Part shown: piece after piece, positions 18,646 to 27,118 of the stretch
How the letters are laid out: each line of letters starts with the position of its first letter
Position numbering within the stretch: the first letter of the stretch is position 1
From: an uncultured Chloroflexota bacterium
Lineage (GTDB): Bacteria > Chloroflexota > Dehalococcoidia > Lucifugimonadales > UBA826
Direction of reading: 5' to 3'
DNA: 64,000 bases
Assembly: GCA_913048525.1 (NCBI GenBank)
Contig: CAJWWP010000004.1
Coordinates: 5,074 to 69,073, forward strand
Program-made: the position numbers and the translations under genes
The notes under the pieces: model-generated
Told to the model about the DNA's origin: nothing
Database searches by the model: none
The model's input: the letters and a program-made list of their open reading frames with translations, nothing else

Positions 18646-19509
18646 CTATAAATTTATGCTCATGAGTTCGTCCGAAAACAGGATTTCCCCGTCGTAAATA
18701 TTCTGAATATCTTTGATGGTCCTCTCCTTCACTTTTTGTTGGGATAAATTGGGTCCTATATGGACTAAAACTAGTTTTTTGACTCCAGCTTCCTGGGCCA
18801 TTGCAGCTGCCCCATCTGTGCCGCATTGACCACCAGATTCCCCTGTTTTGTCCATAACTGACTGTTCATCCCAGCACATACAAAGCATCATGTCAGCATT
18901 TTTTGCGAGAGATGTAACTGAGTTGCAGGGCTGGGTATCCCCGGTAAAAATTATGCTTCCCTCTGTGGTTTCGAATCTGTATGCAAGAGAGTCCAAATAT
19001 GGTTGCACGTGTTCGGCGGGAGCAGCATGAACTTCCCAATCCTTGCCTGCATAAACTTTTCCAGGACCGATATCTTTTGCAGTTACTAAGGGTGGCTTTC
19101 TAGGGAGACTGCCACCTCTGTTGACATGGATTTTTTGACTCAATGGATGGTTTACTCTCGCAATCCAATCGTGGGCGAATATCCCATCCTTTTCATTCAG
19201 GATACCGTGTGTGATCTTTTCGGTAAGCGTTGGTCCGAATACTTTTAAGACATCCTCTTTACCGATGCTTTGATCCCACCTACACAGGAGGAAACAAGGG
19301 TAGTCTATATCGTGATCAAAATGGTGATGGGTGAAGAATAAGTGATTGATATCAGTTGGCCATAATCCGGCCTTGACCAGCTTGTGTGTGGCTGCTGGTC
19401 CGCAGTCAAGCATTATTTGATCATCACCGATTTTTATTGCGAATGAGGATCCGAAACGGTCGGGAGTTGGAGTTGGGGTTCCGGCACCGAGTACGTGTAT
19501 GGATGTCAT
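18646..19509 (-). CDS. MBL-fold metallo-hydrolase
   Basis: HVLGAGTPTP.. and the HxHxDH motif FFTHHHFDHDIDY, with later His/Asp ligands (FTGDTQP, LVLVHIGP). Confidence 0.85.
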   Translation of the reverse strand: MTSIHVLGAGTPTPTPDRFGSSFAIKIGDDQIMLDCGPAATHKLVKAGLWPTDINHLFFTHHHFDHDIDYPCFLLCRWDQSIGKEDVLKVFGPTLTEKITHGILNEKDGIFAHDWIARVNHPLSQKIHVNRGGSLPRKPPLVTAKDIGPGKVYAGKDWEVHAAPAEHVQPYLDSLAYRFETTEGSIIFTGDTQPCNSVTSLAKNADMMLCMCWDEQSVMDKTGESGGQCGTDGAAAMAQEAGVKKLVLVHIGPNLSQQKVKERTIKDIQNIYDGEILFSDELMSINL

Positions 19510-19549
19510 GATCTAGTTCACCTCCAGGTTGTTGGGGTTAAAAATTTGT

Positions 19550-21322
19550 CTAGTTATGTGAATAAATTCGCACGCCACCTGGTTCAGGGATAATTACTAC
19601 AAATTTCCCATTACTGGCTTGGACCCTTTCAGCAATTTCTTCCGTCAAGTCCTCTTTCAGTGCCACACTTTCTGAGCCTGGGTCAACCCATTCGACTGAG
19701 GAGATTTTATAACCTAAGTTTTCCTCAAGAGCAGCTACGAAAAACTCACTGTTGGTGGGTGTGAATACGGTTACATTTTTTATTGGGCCGTCTTTATGTT
19801 GTTCGGGCGATTCCATTAGGCTGGCCCTTTCATTTCTCAGATTTAGCCAATGATATGGCACTATCAGCGAGGAGGCTGCAAGGACCGAAAGAGGAATTCT
19901 AGAGGATCTTATTGCAGAAACGAGTGTGTCTTCCGACAAAAGAAATTTAATAAGGAAAAATATTAATGATGCTAATGAAGGCACAGAAACGAGTATTCCT
20001 ATACCAACGACTCCCGTAAAGAAAACTACCTTAGTTTCCTCTTTGATAGACGCTAGCTTTGGGATTCTGTATCGCCACGTATACCACCATAATGAAGCAC
20101 CCAAGATTAAACTTGATAGACCAAAGGCGGTTGATTCTCTCCAAGAGTTCTCTTCAGTAACTATCTCATTACCACTTCCGGTGACGGAGGTGAGTATGAG
20201 GTTGGTCAGTATGGCTATTCCTGTAGCACCGATAATCAGGGCTATAAAGGAAAATGAATAATCTAAAACCTGAGAACCATTTTGAGCGGATATTTCATGT
20301 CGATTAGGTGACTTAATGATATTGTAGTGGTAGGCAAATAGAACCATTCCCACTATTACCAAGGTTAGTCCACCAGGTATTGGACCAATGTCTCCAGGTT
20401 CATTTTGAACCCCCAAAATAACTGCTAAACACGTGAACAGTAGTAGCAATATTCCAACAAGAAATGTTATCCCTCCCCCAAATATGGTGCAGGCGTATAC
20501 ATAGGCAGATTTCAACCTACTTGTGTGTTTTCGATTGCCTAGTACTAGCCAATGCAGGGCCCACAGAAGTATGCCAGTGATAGCAATAGAGAAGTGATTC
20601 CTCACATTTTCTGAGAAGGTGGCATTTTGGGTTTCAAGCAGTGTCTGTACGCCAGCGATCGAATCATAGGAACTTTCAAAGAGAGAATGAAGAATCGTCC
20701 CAAGGCCATTCGCTGCCATAATTAGGCCAATTAGACTTGTGAGATATATGTAGATATCTCCAATAATTGGTGGGGGAGATGAACTGTTTTTTTGGTCATG
20801 TATGCGCCAATGAAATACCCAAATAAGCGTGAATGGGATTAGGGCAGCCAATTGGTACCAAGAGGATTCTTTTGTGCCTAAGAGGAATTGAATAATTCCA
20901 GTGGCAGAGTGTGCCAAAATGCTAACCGATACAGCCAAAGCCAGAAATTTATAGATTTTCCTTATTTGTGATGAAATTGGCCGAGAACTTTTTTTTATTT
21001 GGTTAGCAAGGATTTTCCAATGAAGGATCCATAGGGGAGCTCCCACCACTACTAGTGCAGTCCCAAGAGCTACTTGGTCAGGACTCGAAGACATAATATT
21101 TTCTGAAAGGAATTCCTGCAGAAGAAATTGGATGAGGATAGTGGAGCCACTACCCACCATGATCAGTGATACGAAAGAGACTAAATAGAAATATAACCGC
21201 TGTAATATTTTCCCAGTTGGTTCGTTAGGGTCTTTATCTCTCTTGCCAAATATGAGGTATAAAGAGGTGCCGGCTACACTGAGCAGTACTACGAATGGCA
21301 GGAGTTCGAAAAAGTCTATCAA
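19550..21322 (-). CDS. Polytopic membrane protein of unknown function with six internal two-helix repeats and a soluble C-terminal domain
   Basis: About 12-13 predicted TM helices. The repeat ends read PLWILHWKIL, LIWVFHWRIH, LLWALHWLVL, VLFAYHYNII, SLWWYTWRYR and LIVPYHWLNL. The last 100 aa or so are hydrophilic. Confidence 0.7.
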   Translation of the reverse strand: MIDFFELLPFVVLLSVAGTSLYLIFGKRDKDPNEPTGKILQRLYFYLVSFVSLIMVGSGSTILIQFLLQEFLSENIMSSSPDQVALGTALVVVGAPLWILHWKILANQIKKSSRPISSQIRKIYKFLALAVSVSILAHSATGIIQFLLGTKESSWYQLAALIPFTLIWVFHWRIHDQKNSSSPPPIIGDIYIYLTSLIGLIMAANGLGTILHSLFESSYDSIAGVQTLLETQNATFSENVRNHFSIAITGILLWALHWLVLGNRKHTSRLKSAYVYACTIFGGGITFLVGILLLLFTCLAVILGVQNEPGDIGPIPGGLTLVIVGMVLFAYHYNIIKSPNRHEISAQNGSQVLDYSFSFIALIIGATGIAILTNLILTSVTGSGNEIVTEENSWRESTAFGLSSLILGASLWWYTWRYRIPKLASIKEETKVVFFTGVVGIGILVSVPSLASLIFFLIKFLLSEDTLVSAIRSSRIPLSVLAASSLIVPYHWLNLRNERASLMESPEQHKDGPIKNVTVFTPTNSEFFVAALEENLGYKISSVEWVDPGSESVALKEDLTEEIAERVQASNGKFVVIIPEPGGVRIYSHN

Positions 21323-21371
21323 TTAAACCACCTCATGATAGAAAAGTTGAGCCTATCACCTATGTTACTTC

Positions 21372-21824
21372 TTAATGTTTTGCACAATAAATTGGGAAAG
21401 ACGTTTCGATAATCTTCCATTCCATATCCTCTTTTACCAAGAGGTATGTCTGCCTATTTTTATACTCTGATGACCCCAAAGGTATTGACGTTTCTATTGT
21501 GGAGGTTTCGACGGTCACAAATGCCTCATCACCAACGATTTCTGACTTGACTAGGGTAATAGTTTGAACTTCGTCAGGGCCATAGGATGAGCCAGACGTA
21601 TTTATGAATTCTGTATAGCCACAATTATCTTGGAGATCTTTTGAAATTAACTCATATGCTTTAAGTGGATTACTGTCCAAGATGTTCTCGATATAGATTT
21701 GTACTGTTCTTTCAGGGCTGCCTTCGATCAAAGGTTCATTTTCTCTAGTTGTGGCTATGTATATACTCACGATCACAAGTGTTACAAGGAAAGCTACTGC
21801 TATGTATCCAAAAGTACTTTTCAT
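21372..21824 (-). CDS. Membrane-anchored hypothetical protein
   Basis: A single N-terminal TM helix (YIAVAFLVTLVIVSIYIA) followed by a 120-aa soluble domain. It sits directly upstream of, and co-directional with, the repeat membrane protein. Confidence 0.55.
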   Translation of the reverse strand: MKSTFGYIAVAFLVTLVIVSIYIATTRENEPLIEGSPERTVQIYIENILDSNPLKAYELISKDLQDNCGYTEFINTSGSSYGPDEVQTITLVKSEIVGDEAFVTVETSTIETSIPLGSSEYKNRQTYLLVKEDMEWKIIETSFPIYCAKH

Positions 21825-21929
21825 GGAATTACACTATTATGACTTGCGAATAATGGACATTTGCTGTCTCTATTTGTAATTGAACTCAATCTATTTCTTA
21901 ACATATACGTGAAAATATGTTTTTTTTGG

Positions 21930-22640
21930 TTACATACTTGCGATTACTTTGTTTTGAACTGAAAATAGGTTTGTAATCCCGAGCTCTGCTACATCTAATA
22001 CTTTATCAAGGGTATTTCTGTCGAACCTACTTTCTTCAGCTCCCCCCTGTATCTCTATAAATTTTCCGTCTTCGGCCATAACAATATTGAAATCCGCTCC
22101 TGCTGTAGAGTCTTCTTCGTAACATAGGTCAAGTAATACTTTGTCGCCGGATGTACCAACACTTGTCGCTGCCACGTTCTTCAGCATAGAGGTATTGGGA
22201 AGTATTTCCTTTCGCACCAGTTCCTGTATGGCAAAGTGAAGTGCTACGTACCCCCCAGTTATTGAGGCTGTTCGTGTACCCCCATCCGCTTGGAGAACAT
22301 CACAGTCTATGGTCACAGTTCGCTCGCCAAGTTTGGGTAAGTCGGCACCTGCACGCAGTGATCTCCCAATTAGTCTTTGAATCTCTTGGGATCTTCCCCT
22401 TCTCCTATTTTCTCTAGAACTGCGTGGGATTGTTGATCCCGGCAACATAGAATATTCTGCAGTTATCCAGCCTTGCCCAGTTCCCGACAAAAAACCGGGA
22501 ACTCTTTCATCTACACTGGCTGAGCACAGTACTTTCGTATTTCCGGTAGATATAATTACACAGCCATCGGCATAATCCATGGGTCCTGGCTGAATGTCGA
22601 CGGTGCGAAGTTCATCATCATTTCTACCATCTATCCTCAT
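21930..22640 (-). CDS. rph: Ribonuclease PH
   Basis: MRIDGRNDDELRTV..ITAEYSMLPGST..RRGRSQEIQRLIGRSLR..VLQADGGTRTASITG. Confidence 0.95.
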   Translation of the reverse strand: MRIDGRNDDELRTVDIQPGPMDYADGCVIISTGNTKVLCSASVDERVPGFLSGTGQGWITAEYSMLPGSTIPRSSRENRRRGRSQEIQRLIGRSLRAGADLPKLGERTVTIDCDVLQADGGTRTASITGGYVALHFAIQELVRKEILPNTSMLKNVAATSVGTSGDKVLLDLCYEEDSTAGADFNIVMAEDGKFIEIQGGAEESRFDRNTLDKVLDVAELGITNLFSVQNKVIASM

Positions 22641-22771
22641 TTGTATATCCTCAATGAATTATTTACCAGTCGCGTCAATGACACTATTATGAATTGTTTG
22701 TTGTAGACTGGTTAGTAGTTTTCCACTTCGATTCCATACGTATTATGTCTTAATATGGATGCCAAATAATC

Positions 22772-23299
22772 ATGAATAACAATGTATATATCACAGGGTT
22801 TTCTGGTTCAGGTAAATCTACGTCAGGTAGAGAATTGGCACTACTTTTAGAAAGAGATTTCGTCGATATGGATTCGGAGATTGAGAAACTGCATAAGCAA
22901 ACTATCCCAGACATATTTGAAGAGCACGGCGAAGTAGTTTTCAGGGGTCTTGAAACCGGTTTGTTAACCCAAATTTCAAGAAAGGATGGCCAGATTGTTT
23001 CGACTGGCGGGGGCGTTCCTACGATTCCTGAAAATGTGAAGATAATGAAGTGTACTGGTAAAATTGTTTGCCTCATGGCGAGTGTTGAAACCCTGTCTAA
23101 ACGTATCTCTCATCATTCAAATACGGCAGGGAACAAAGCAGATAGGCCCATGCTCTATTCCGATGACCAAACTGAAAGAATTCGAGACCTACTAGACATA
23201 AGAAAGAAATCTTATAGTCAGGCTAATTTACTGATTGATACGGAGGATAAATCTCCTAAAATGGTAGCAATTGAAATTGCTGAGGTCCTTGAATTATGA
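22772..23299 (+). CDS. aroK: Shikimate kinase
   Basis: Walker A ITGFSGSGKSTSGRELA, DMDSEIE, FRGLE and STGGG. Confidence 0.9.
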   Translation: MNNNVYITGFSGSGKSTSGRELALLLERDFVDMDSEIEKLHKQTIPDIFEEHGEVVFRGLETGLLTQISRKDGQIVSTGGGVPTIPENVKIMKCTGKIVCLMASVETLSKRISHHSNTAGNKADRPMLYSDDQTERIRDLLDIRKKSYSQANLLIDTEDKSPKMVAIEIAEVLEL

Positions 23300-24438
23300 G
23301 AGCAGAAAAATATAGTGATTTGGCGGCTAGGGTGACGGCTTCGGGTGGGGATCACCCAATCTGGGTGGGCTGGGGAATAATTGAAGAAATCGGGGAGAGG
23401 ATAAAGTCTCTCTTTATGCCACCGGTGGTATATGTCATTTCCGATGACCGTGTTTCGGAACACGCCAGGATGGTTCAAATTGCTTTGGAGGCTGAGGCGA
23501 TTCCTGCTCACATATTCATGATTCCTTCAGGTGAATCAAATAAGAATCTTGAAACTGTTCAGCACGTTTACAAATGGCTTGCTGACCGAAAGGCTGAGAG
23601 AGGGCACATGATTGTAGCCGTTGGTGGAGGAGTAGTAGGAGACTTGGCTGGCTTTGTTGCCGCAACATATCTGCGTGGAATGCCATTTGCCCAGGTGCCT
23701 ACTACTTTGCTAGCAATGATGGATGCCGCAGTAGGAGGTAAAGTGGCTGTAGACTTACCGCAAGGTAAGAATCTCGTAGGGGCATTTTATCAACCTCGAT
23801 TCGTGTTATCCGATGTTAGAACTCTCAGTACTTTACCTGCTCGAGAATTATCATCTGGGTGGGCGGAAGCTATAAAACACGGACTAATATTGGATAAGGA
23901 ATTACTATCCACGTTTGAGAAAAACACGGGAAAAATAAAATCTCTCGACCCAGAGATATCAACCCAAATAATAAGGGATAGTGTTGCGATTAAGGCTAAT
24001 ATTGTCTCGCAGGATGAGAAGGAGACGCTCGGTATTCGAATCTTGCTGAATTATGGGCATACGATTGGCCATGCTATTGAGTCGACTACTGGGTATACCC
24101 AGTATCTTCATGGGGAAGCTGTGAGTGTGGGTATGATGGCTGCTGCGTCCATAAGTCGATCGATGGGTCTGTTAGACGAGTCAGAAGTTAAAAGACAAAG
24201 ATCGGTCCTAGCCAGCTACGGGTTACCTATAAATGCCCATGGCCTCAATTCTACCGACATATTAGAAGCTATGAGGTCTGATAAGAAAACTTCTAGGGGT
24301 CAAATCAATTGGGTGTTGCTCGATGGAATAGGCAACGCCGTTACTAATAATTGTGTTCCTGACTATTATGTCACCGAAGCGTTGGATTCGATACTAACAG
24401 ATAATGGTGAGGCGGATGAGTTAGGACAAGGCTGTTAA
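23296..24438 (+). CDS. aroB: 3-dehydroquinate synthase
   Basis: VAVGGGVVGDLAGFVAATYLRGMPFAQVPTTLLAMMDAAVGGKVAV and NYGHTIGHAIE..HGEAVSVGM. Confidence 0.93.
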   Translation: MRAEKYSDLAARVTASGGDHPIWVGWGIIEEIGERIKSLFMPPVVYVISDDRVSEHARMVQIALEAEAIPAHIFMIPSGESNKNLETVQHVYKWLADRKAERGHMIVAVGGGVVGDLAGFVAATYLRGMPFAQVPTTLLAMMDAAVGGKVAVDLPQGKNLVGAFYQPRFVLSDVRTLSTLPARELSSGWAEAIKHGLILDKELLSTFEKNTGKIKSLDPEISTQIIRDSVAIKANIVSQDEKETLGIRILLNYGHTIGHAIESTTGYTQYLHGEAVSVGMMAAASISRSMGLLDESEVKRQRSVLASYGLPINAHGLNSTDILEAMRSDKKTSRGQINWVLLDGIGNAVTNNCVPDYYVTEALDSILTDNGEADELGQGC

Positions 24439-25344
24439 TTGGATGGTCTATCTGAGGCTATACCATATTTAGTCCTCGGTATTGGTACGGGGCTTTATGG
24501 AATCTTAGTTGGAGCTGGGGGCGGGGTGATTTTAGCGCCTGCTCTGATGATATTCTTTGGGTTAGAACCCACGGTTGCGGCTGGGACATCCCTTGCTTTG
24601 GTGTCAATAAACAGTTTATCAGGCACCGTCGCCTATAAAAGAAGTGGTCTTGTAGATACAAAGAGTGGATGGATATTCGCTTTGTCAGCTGTCCCAGGAT
24701 CAATAATTGCTCCTATGGTTTTGGACTCAGCCTCAACAACACTTTTCAAAATATTATTTGGTTTTCTGTTGCTGTTGTTAGCTCTTATTATTATTCTGAG
24801 GCCACAATACAGAGAAAAGGAATCCGTTTCCAATTTACCTGATTCTAATCAGGAGCCCGATACGATAAATAGGGTTCCATCTTGGTTGGCATTCACTCTC
24901 AGTGATAGGCATATTGTCACAAGAAGAGGGAATACGTTTAAATATCGTTTCAACGAGTCGCTTTCCGTTTTTTTTAATCTGGTGCTGGGATTTATTTCCA
25001 GTTTTTTTGGGACAGGTGGAGGATTTCTTAGAACACCTATTTTGGTATCTGTTTTTGGATTTCCTGTTCGGGTAGCGGTCGCGACATCTATATTTGCCCT
25101 TTCTATTTATGCCACAGTAGGTGCATTGGTTCATATGTATCTCGGTCATATAGATTGGTATCCAGCACTGGTGTGGTCCGGATTGGGCTTGATCATAGGA
25201 GGCCAAATTGGTGCCCGGCTGGTGGAGGTCATTAAGGGAGTAATTATTCTCAGAATATTATTAGTGGTGGTTGTGATAATGGGAATACAGTTAATATTGC
25301 AGGGAGCTTGGCCTTCGACTTTTACTTTTTTGGGAACACACTAA
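24439..25344 (+). CDS. TauE/SafE (TSUP) family anion exporter
   Basis: Duplicated 4-TM halves with GAGGGVILAPALMIFFGLEP..AAGTS and FFGTGGGFLRTPILV. TTG start immediately after the aroB stop. Confidence 0.8.
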   Translation: MDGLSEAIPYLVLGIGTGLYGILVGAGGGVILAPALMIFFGLEPTVAAGTSLALVSINSLSGTVAYKRSGLVDTKSGWIFALSAVPGSIIAPMVLDSASTTLFKILFGFLLLLLALIIILRPQYREKESVSNLPDSNQEPDTINRVPSWLAFTLSDRHIVTRRGNTFKYRFNESLSVFFNLVLGFISSFFGTGGGFLRTPILVSVFGFPVRVAVATSIFALSIYATVGALVHMYLGHIDWYPALVWSGLGLIIGGQIGARLVEVIKGVIILRILLVVVVIMGIQLILQGAWPSTFTFLGTH

Positions 25345-25355
25345 CTTGGCACGAC

Positions 25356-26519
25356 ATGGTTTTTTTTAGAATTAATTCTCATTCAGGGGCTGCTAGATCT
25401 GGTCTTATAAGCACTGCCCATGGCAAAGTAGAAACCCCTGTGTTCATGCCTGTGGCCACTCAAGGTTCCGTTAAAGCCCTAGATCCACAGGATCTGAAAG
25501 AATTGGGTGCCAGAGTGGTATTGGGGAACGCATATCATCTTTACCTGAGACCAGGAGATGAGTTGATACATGGTCTAGGTGGGCTTCATAAGTTTATGGG
25601 TTGGGATAGACCTATTCTGACAGATAGTGGTGGATTCCAGGGCTTTAGTTTGAAACATCTGAGGAATTTACATAAAAATGGAATTACTTTCAGGTCTCAC
25701 ATAGACGGCAGTACACACACGTTGAGTCCGGAATCTATTATGCAAATTCAGGCCAATCTTGGTTCAGATATAGCGATGCCATTGGATGTTTGCCTGCCCT
25801 CCGATGCCACGCATTCTTCTGTATCTGATGGAATAGTGACTACATTCGACTGGGTACAGAGATGTAAGAACGCTTGCCGAGCAGGTAACCAATTTCTTTT
25901 TGGAATTGTTCAAGGAGGGCTCTTTAAGGATCTGCGGAAGGAATCGATTGATCAGATGATATCTTTGGACATGCCAGGTTATTCTATTGGAGGATTAAGC
26001 GTCGGAGAATCAAAAAGCCAGCTATACGAAACAGCTGGATTCACAGCTGATCGATTGCCACAAAACAAGCCTAGATATCTTATGGGTGTGGGGTCCCCGG
26101 AAGATTTGGTCGAATGTGTGGCCAGAGGAGTGGATATGTTTGACTGTGTCCTTCCTAGCCGAGTGGCTCGCAATGGTGCTCTTTATACAAAGATGGGTAG
26201 GTTTAATATCACGTCAGCAAGATTCAAAAATATAGACGACCCATTTGACGTTGACTGTGACTGTTACGCATGTAGTCAGTTTTCCGCTGCTTACATCCAT
26301 CATCTTTTCAGGGCCAAGGAGTATCTTGCCTATCGTTTGGCCACAATACACAATCTAAGGTTTGTGATCAGGTTGATGGAGGAGATGAGGACTGCTATAT
26401 CTACAGGCTCTTTTCCGGCCTACAGGAAGAAATTTTGGGAAAATTATCGCGTGTCAAACGAAATAGTACGTACCAACGAAAGAGAAAAATGGTTGAAATC
26501 ATCCGGGTTAAAAGGATAA
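25356..26519 (+). CDS. tgt: Queuine tRNA-ribosyltransferase
   Basis: GKVETPVFMPVATQGSVK, ILTDSGGFQ, GIVQGG and the zinc site CDCYAC..HHL. I use ATG 25356; the ORF-track start at 25308 overlaps the tauE end. Confidence 0.93.
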   Translation: MVFFRINSHSGAARSGLISTAHGKVETPVFMPVATQGSVKALDPQDLKELGARVVLGNAYHLYLRPGDELIHGLGGLHKFMGWDRPILTDSGGFQGFSLKHLRNLHKNGITFRSHIDGSTHTLSPESIMQIQANLGSDIAMPLDVCLPSDATHSSVSDGIVTTFDWVQRCKNACRAGNQFLFGIVQGGLFKDLRKESIDQMISLDMPGYSIGGLSVGESKSQLYETAGFTADRLPQNKPRYLMGVGSPEDLVECVARGVDMFDCVLPSRVARNGALYTKMGRFNITSARFKNIDDPFDVDCDCYACSQFSAAYIHHLFRAKEYLAYRLATIHNLRFVIRLMEEMRTAISTGSFPAYRKKFWENYRVSNEIVRTNEREKWLKSSGLKG

Positions 26520-26539
26520 CTATTAAGGAAATTTTATAG

Positions 26540-26818
26540 TTAGAATCCGCCCGCCACGGCCGGTACGATGCTGACTTCATCTCCAGAAGCTACTGGGCTG
26601 TTCATTCCGTCCAAAAAACGTACATCTTCACCGTTAATATAGACGTTGACAAAACTTCTCAATTCGCCGTCGTCGTCACATATACGGGCCTTAAGCCCGG
26701 GGAATTGCCCCTCTAGTGACTTCACCACTTCTACCATTGTTCCAGCATCTACAGAGGCTTTATCCTCTCCATTGGTAACCTTACGAAGAGGTGTCGGGAT
26801 CCTGACGATAGCACTCAT
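26540..26818 (-). CDS. CysO/MoaD-type ubiquitin-fold sulfur-carrier protein, C-terminus ..AVAGG-F
   Basis: 92 aa. IVRIPTPLRKVTNGEDKASV..FVNVYINGEDVRFLDG..GDEVSIVPAVAGGF resembles, from memory, M. tuberculosis CysO (..FVNIYVNDEDVRF..ILPAVAGG). One extra residue follows the Gly-Gly. Confidence 0.8.
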   Translation of the reverse strand: MSAIVRIPTPLRKVTNGEDKASVDAGTMVEVVKSLEGQFPGLKARICDDDGELRSFVNVYINGEDVRFLDGMNSPVASGDEVSIVPAVAGGF

Positions 26819-26864
26819 TTTCTTATCCTTTTTATTAAGATCTACGTATCATTGAGATCTAAAA

Positions 26865-27107
26865 CTAACCTTCTATTATGTCCCCACCAACTGGGTCCAC
26901 GCGTACACCGGTTGAAGAGACCCAGTCCAGCCCATTCTTTATGATTTCTTCGTCACCTTCTAATTCTAAAACTACCCAACCCATTGAATCTCGCACATCC
27001 GCTCTTCTTATGTTAGTCACTATTTCAAAATCCATACCCAGTTTGTAGATAACGGGTTCTTTTATCAACTCGGAAGGAAACGTAAATCGCACTCTTTTGG
27101 TAGGCAT
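26865..27107 (-). CDS. NIL-domain protein
   Basis: 80 aa. RVRFTFPSELIKEPVIYKLGMDFEIVTNIRRADV..GWVVLELEGDEE is the NIL ferredoxin-like fold, as in the C-terminus of MetN. Confidence 0.7.
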   Translation of the reverse strand: MPTKRVRFTFPSELIKEPVIYKLGMDFEIVTNIRRADVRDSMGWVVLELEGDEEIIKNGLDWVSSTGVRVDPVGGDIIEG

Positions 27108-27118
27108 TTGGCTATATC

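Noticed and set aside
18624-18653. AT-rich inverted repeats between convergent genes (ATTTATAG..CTATAAAT here; TAACTAT..ATAGTTA at 26517-26542), considered as bidirectional terminators.
   Set aside because: The stems are 7-8 bp and almost entirely A/T, with 12-14 nt loops and no flanking U-tracts. They are too weak to call as intrinsic terminators.
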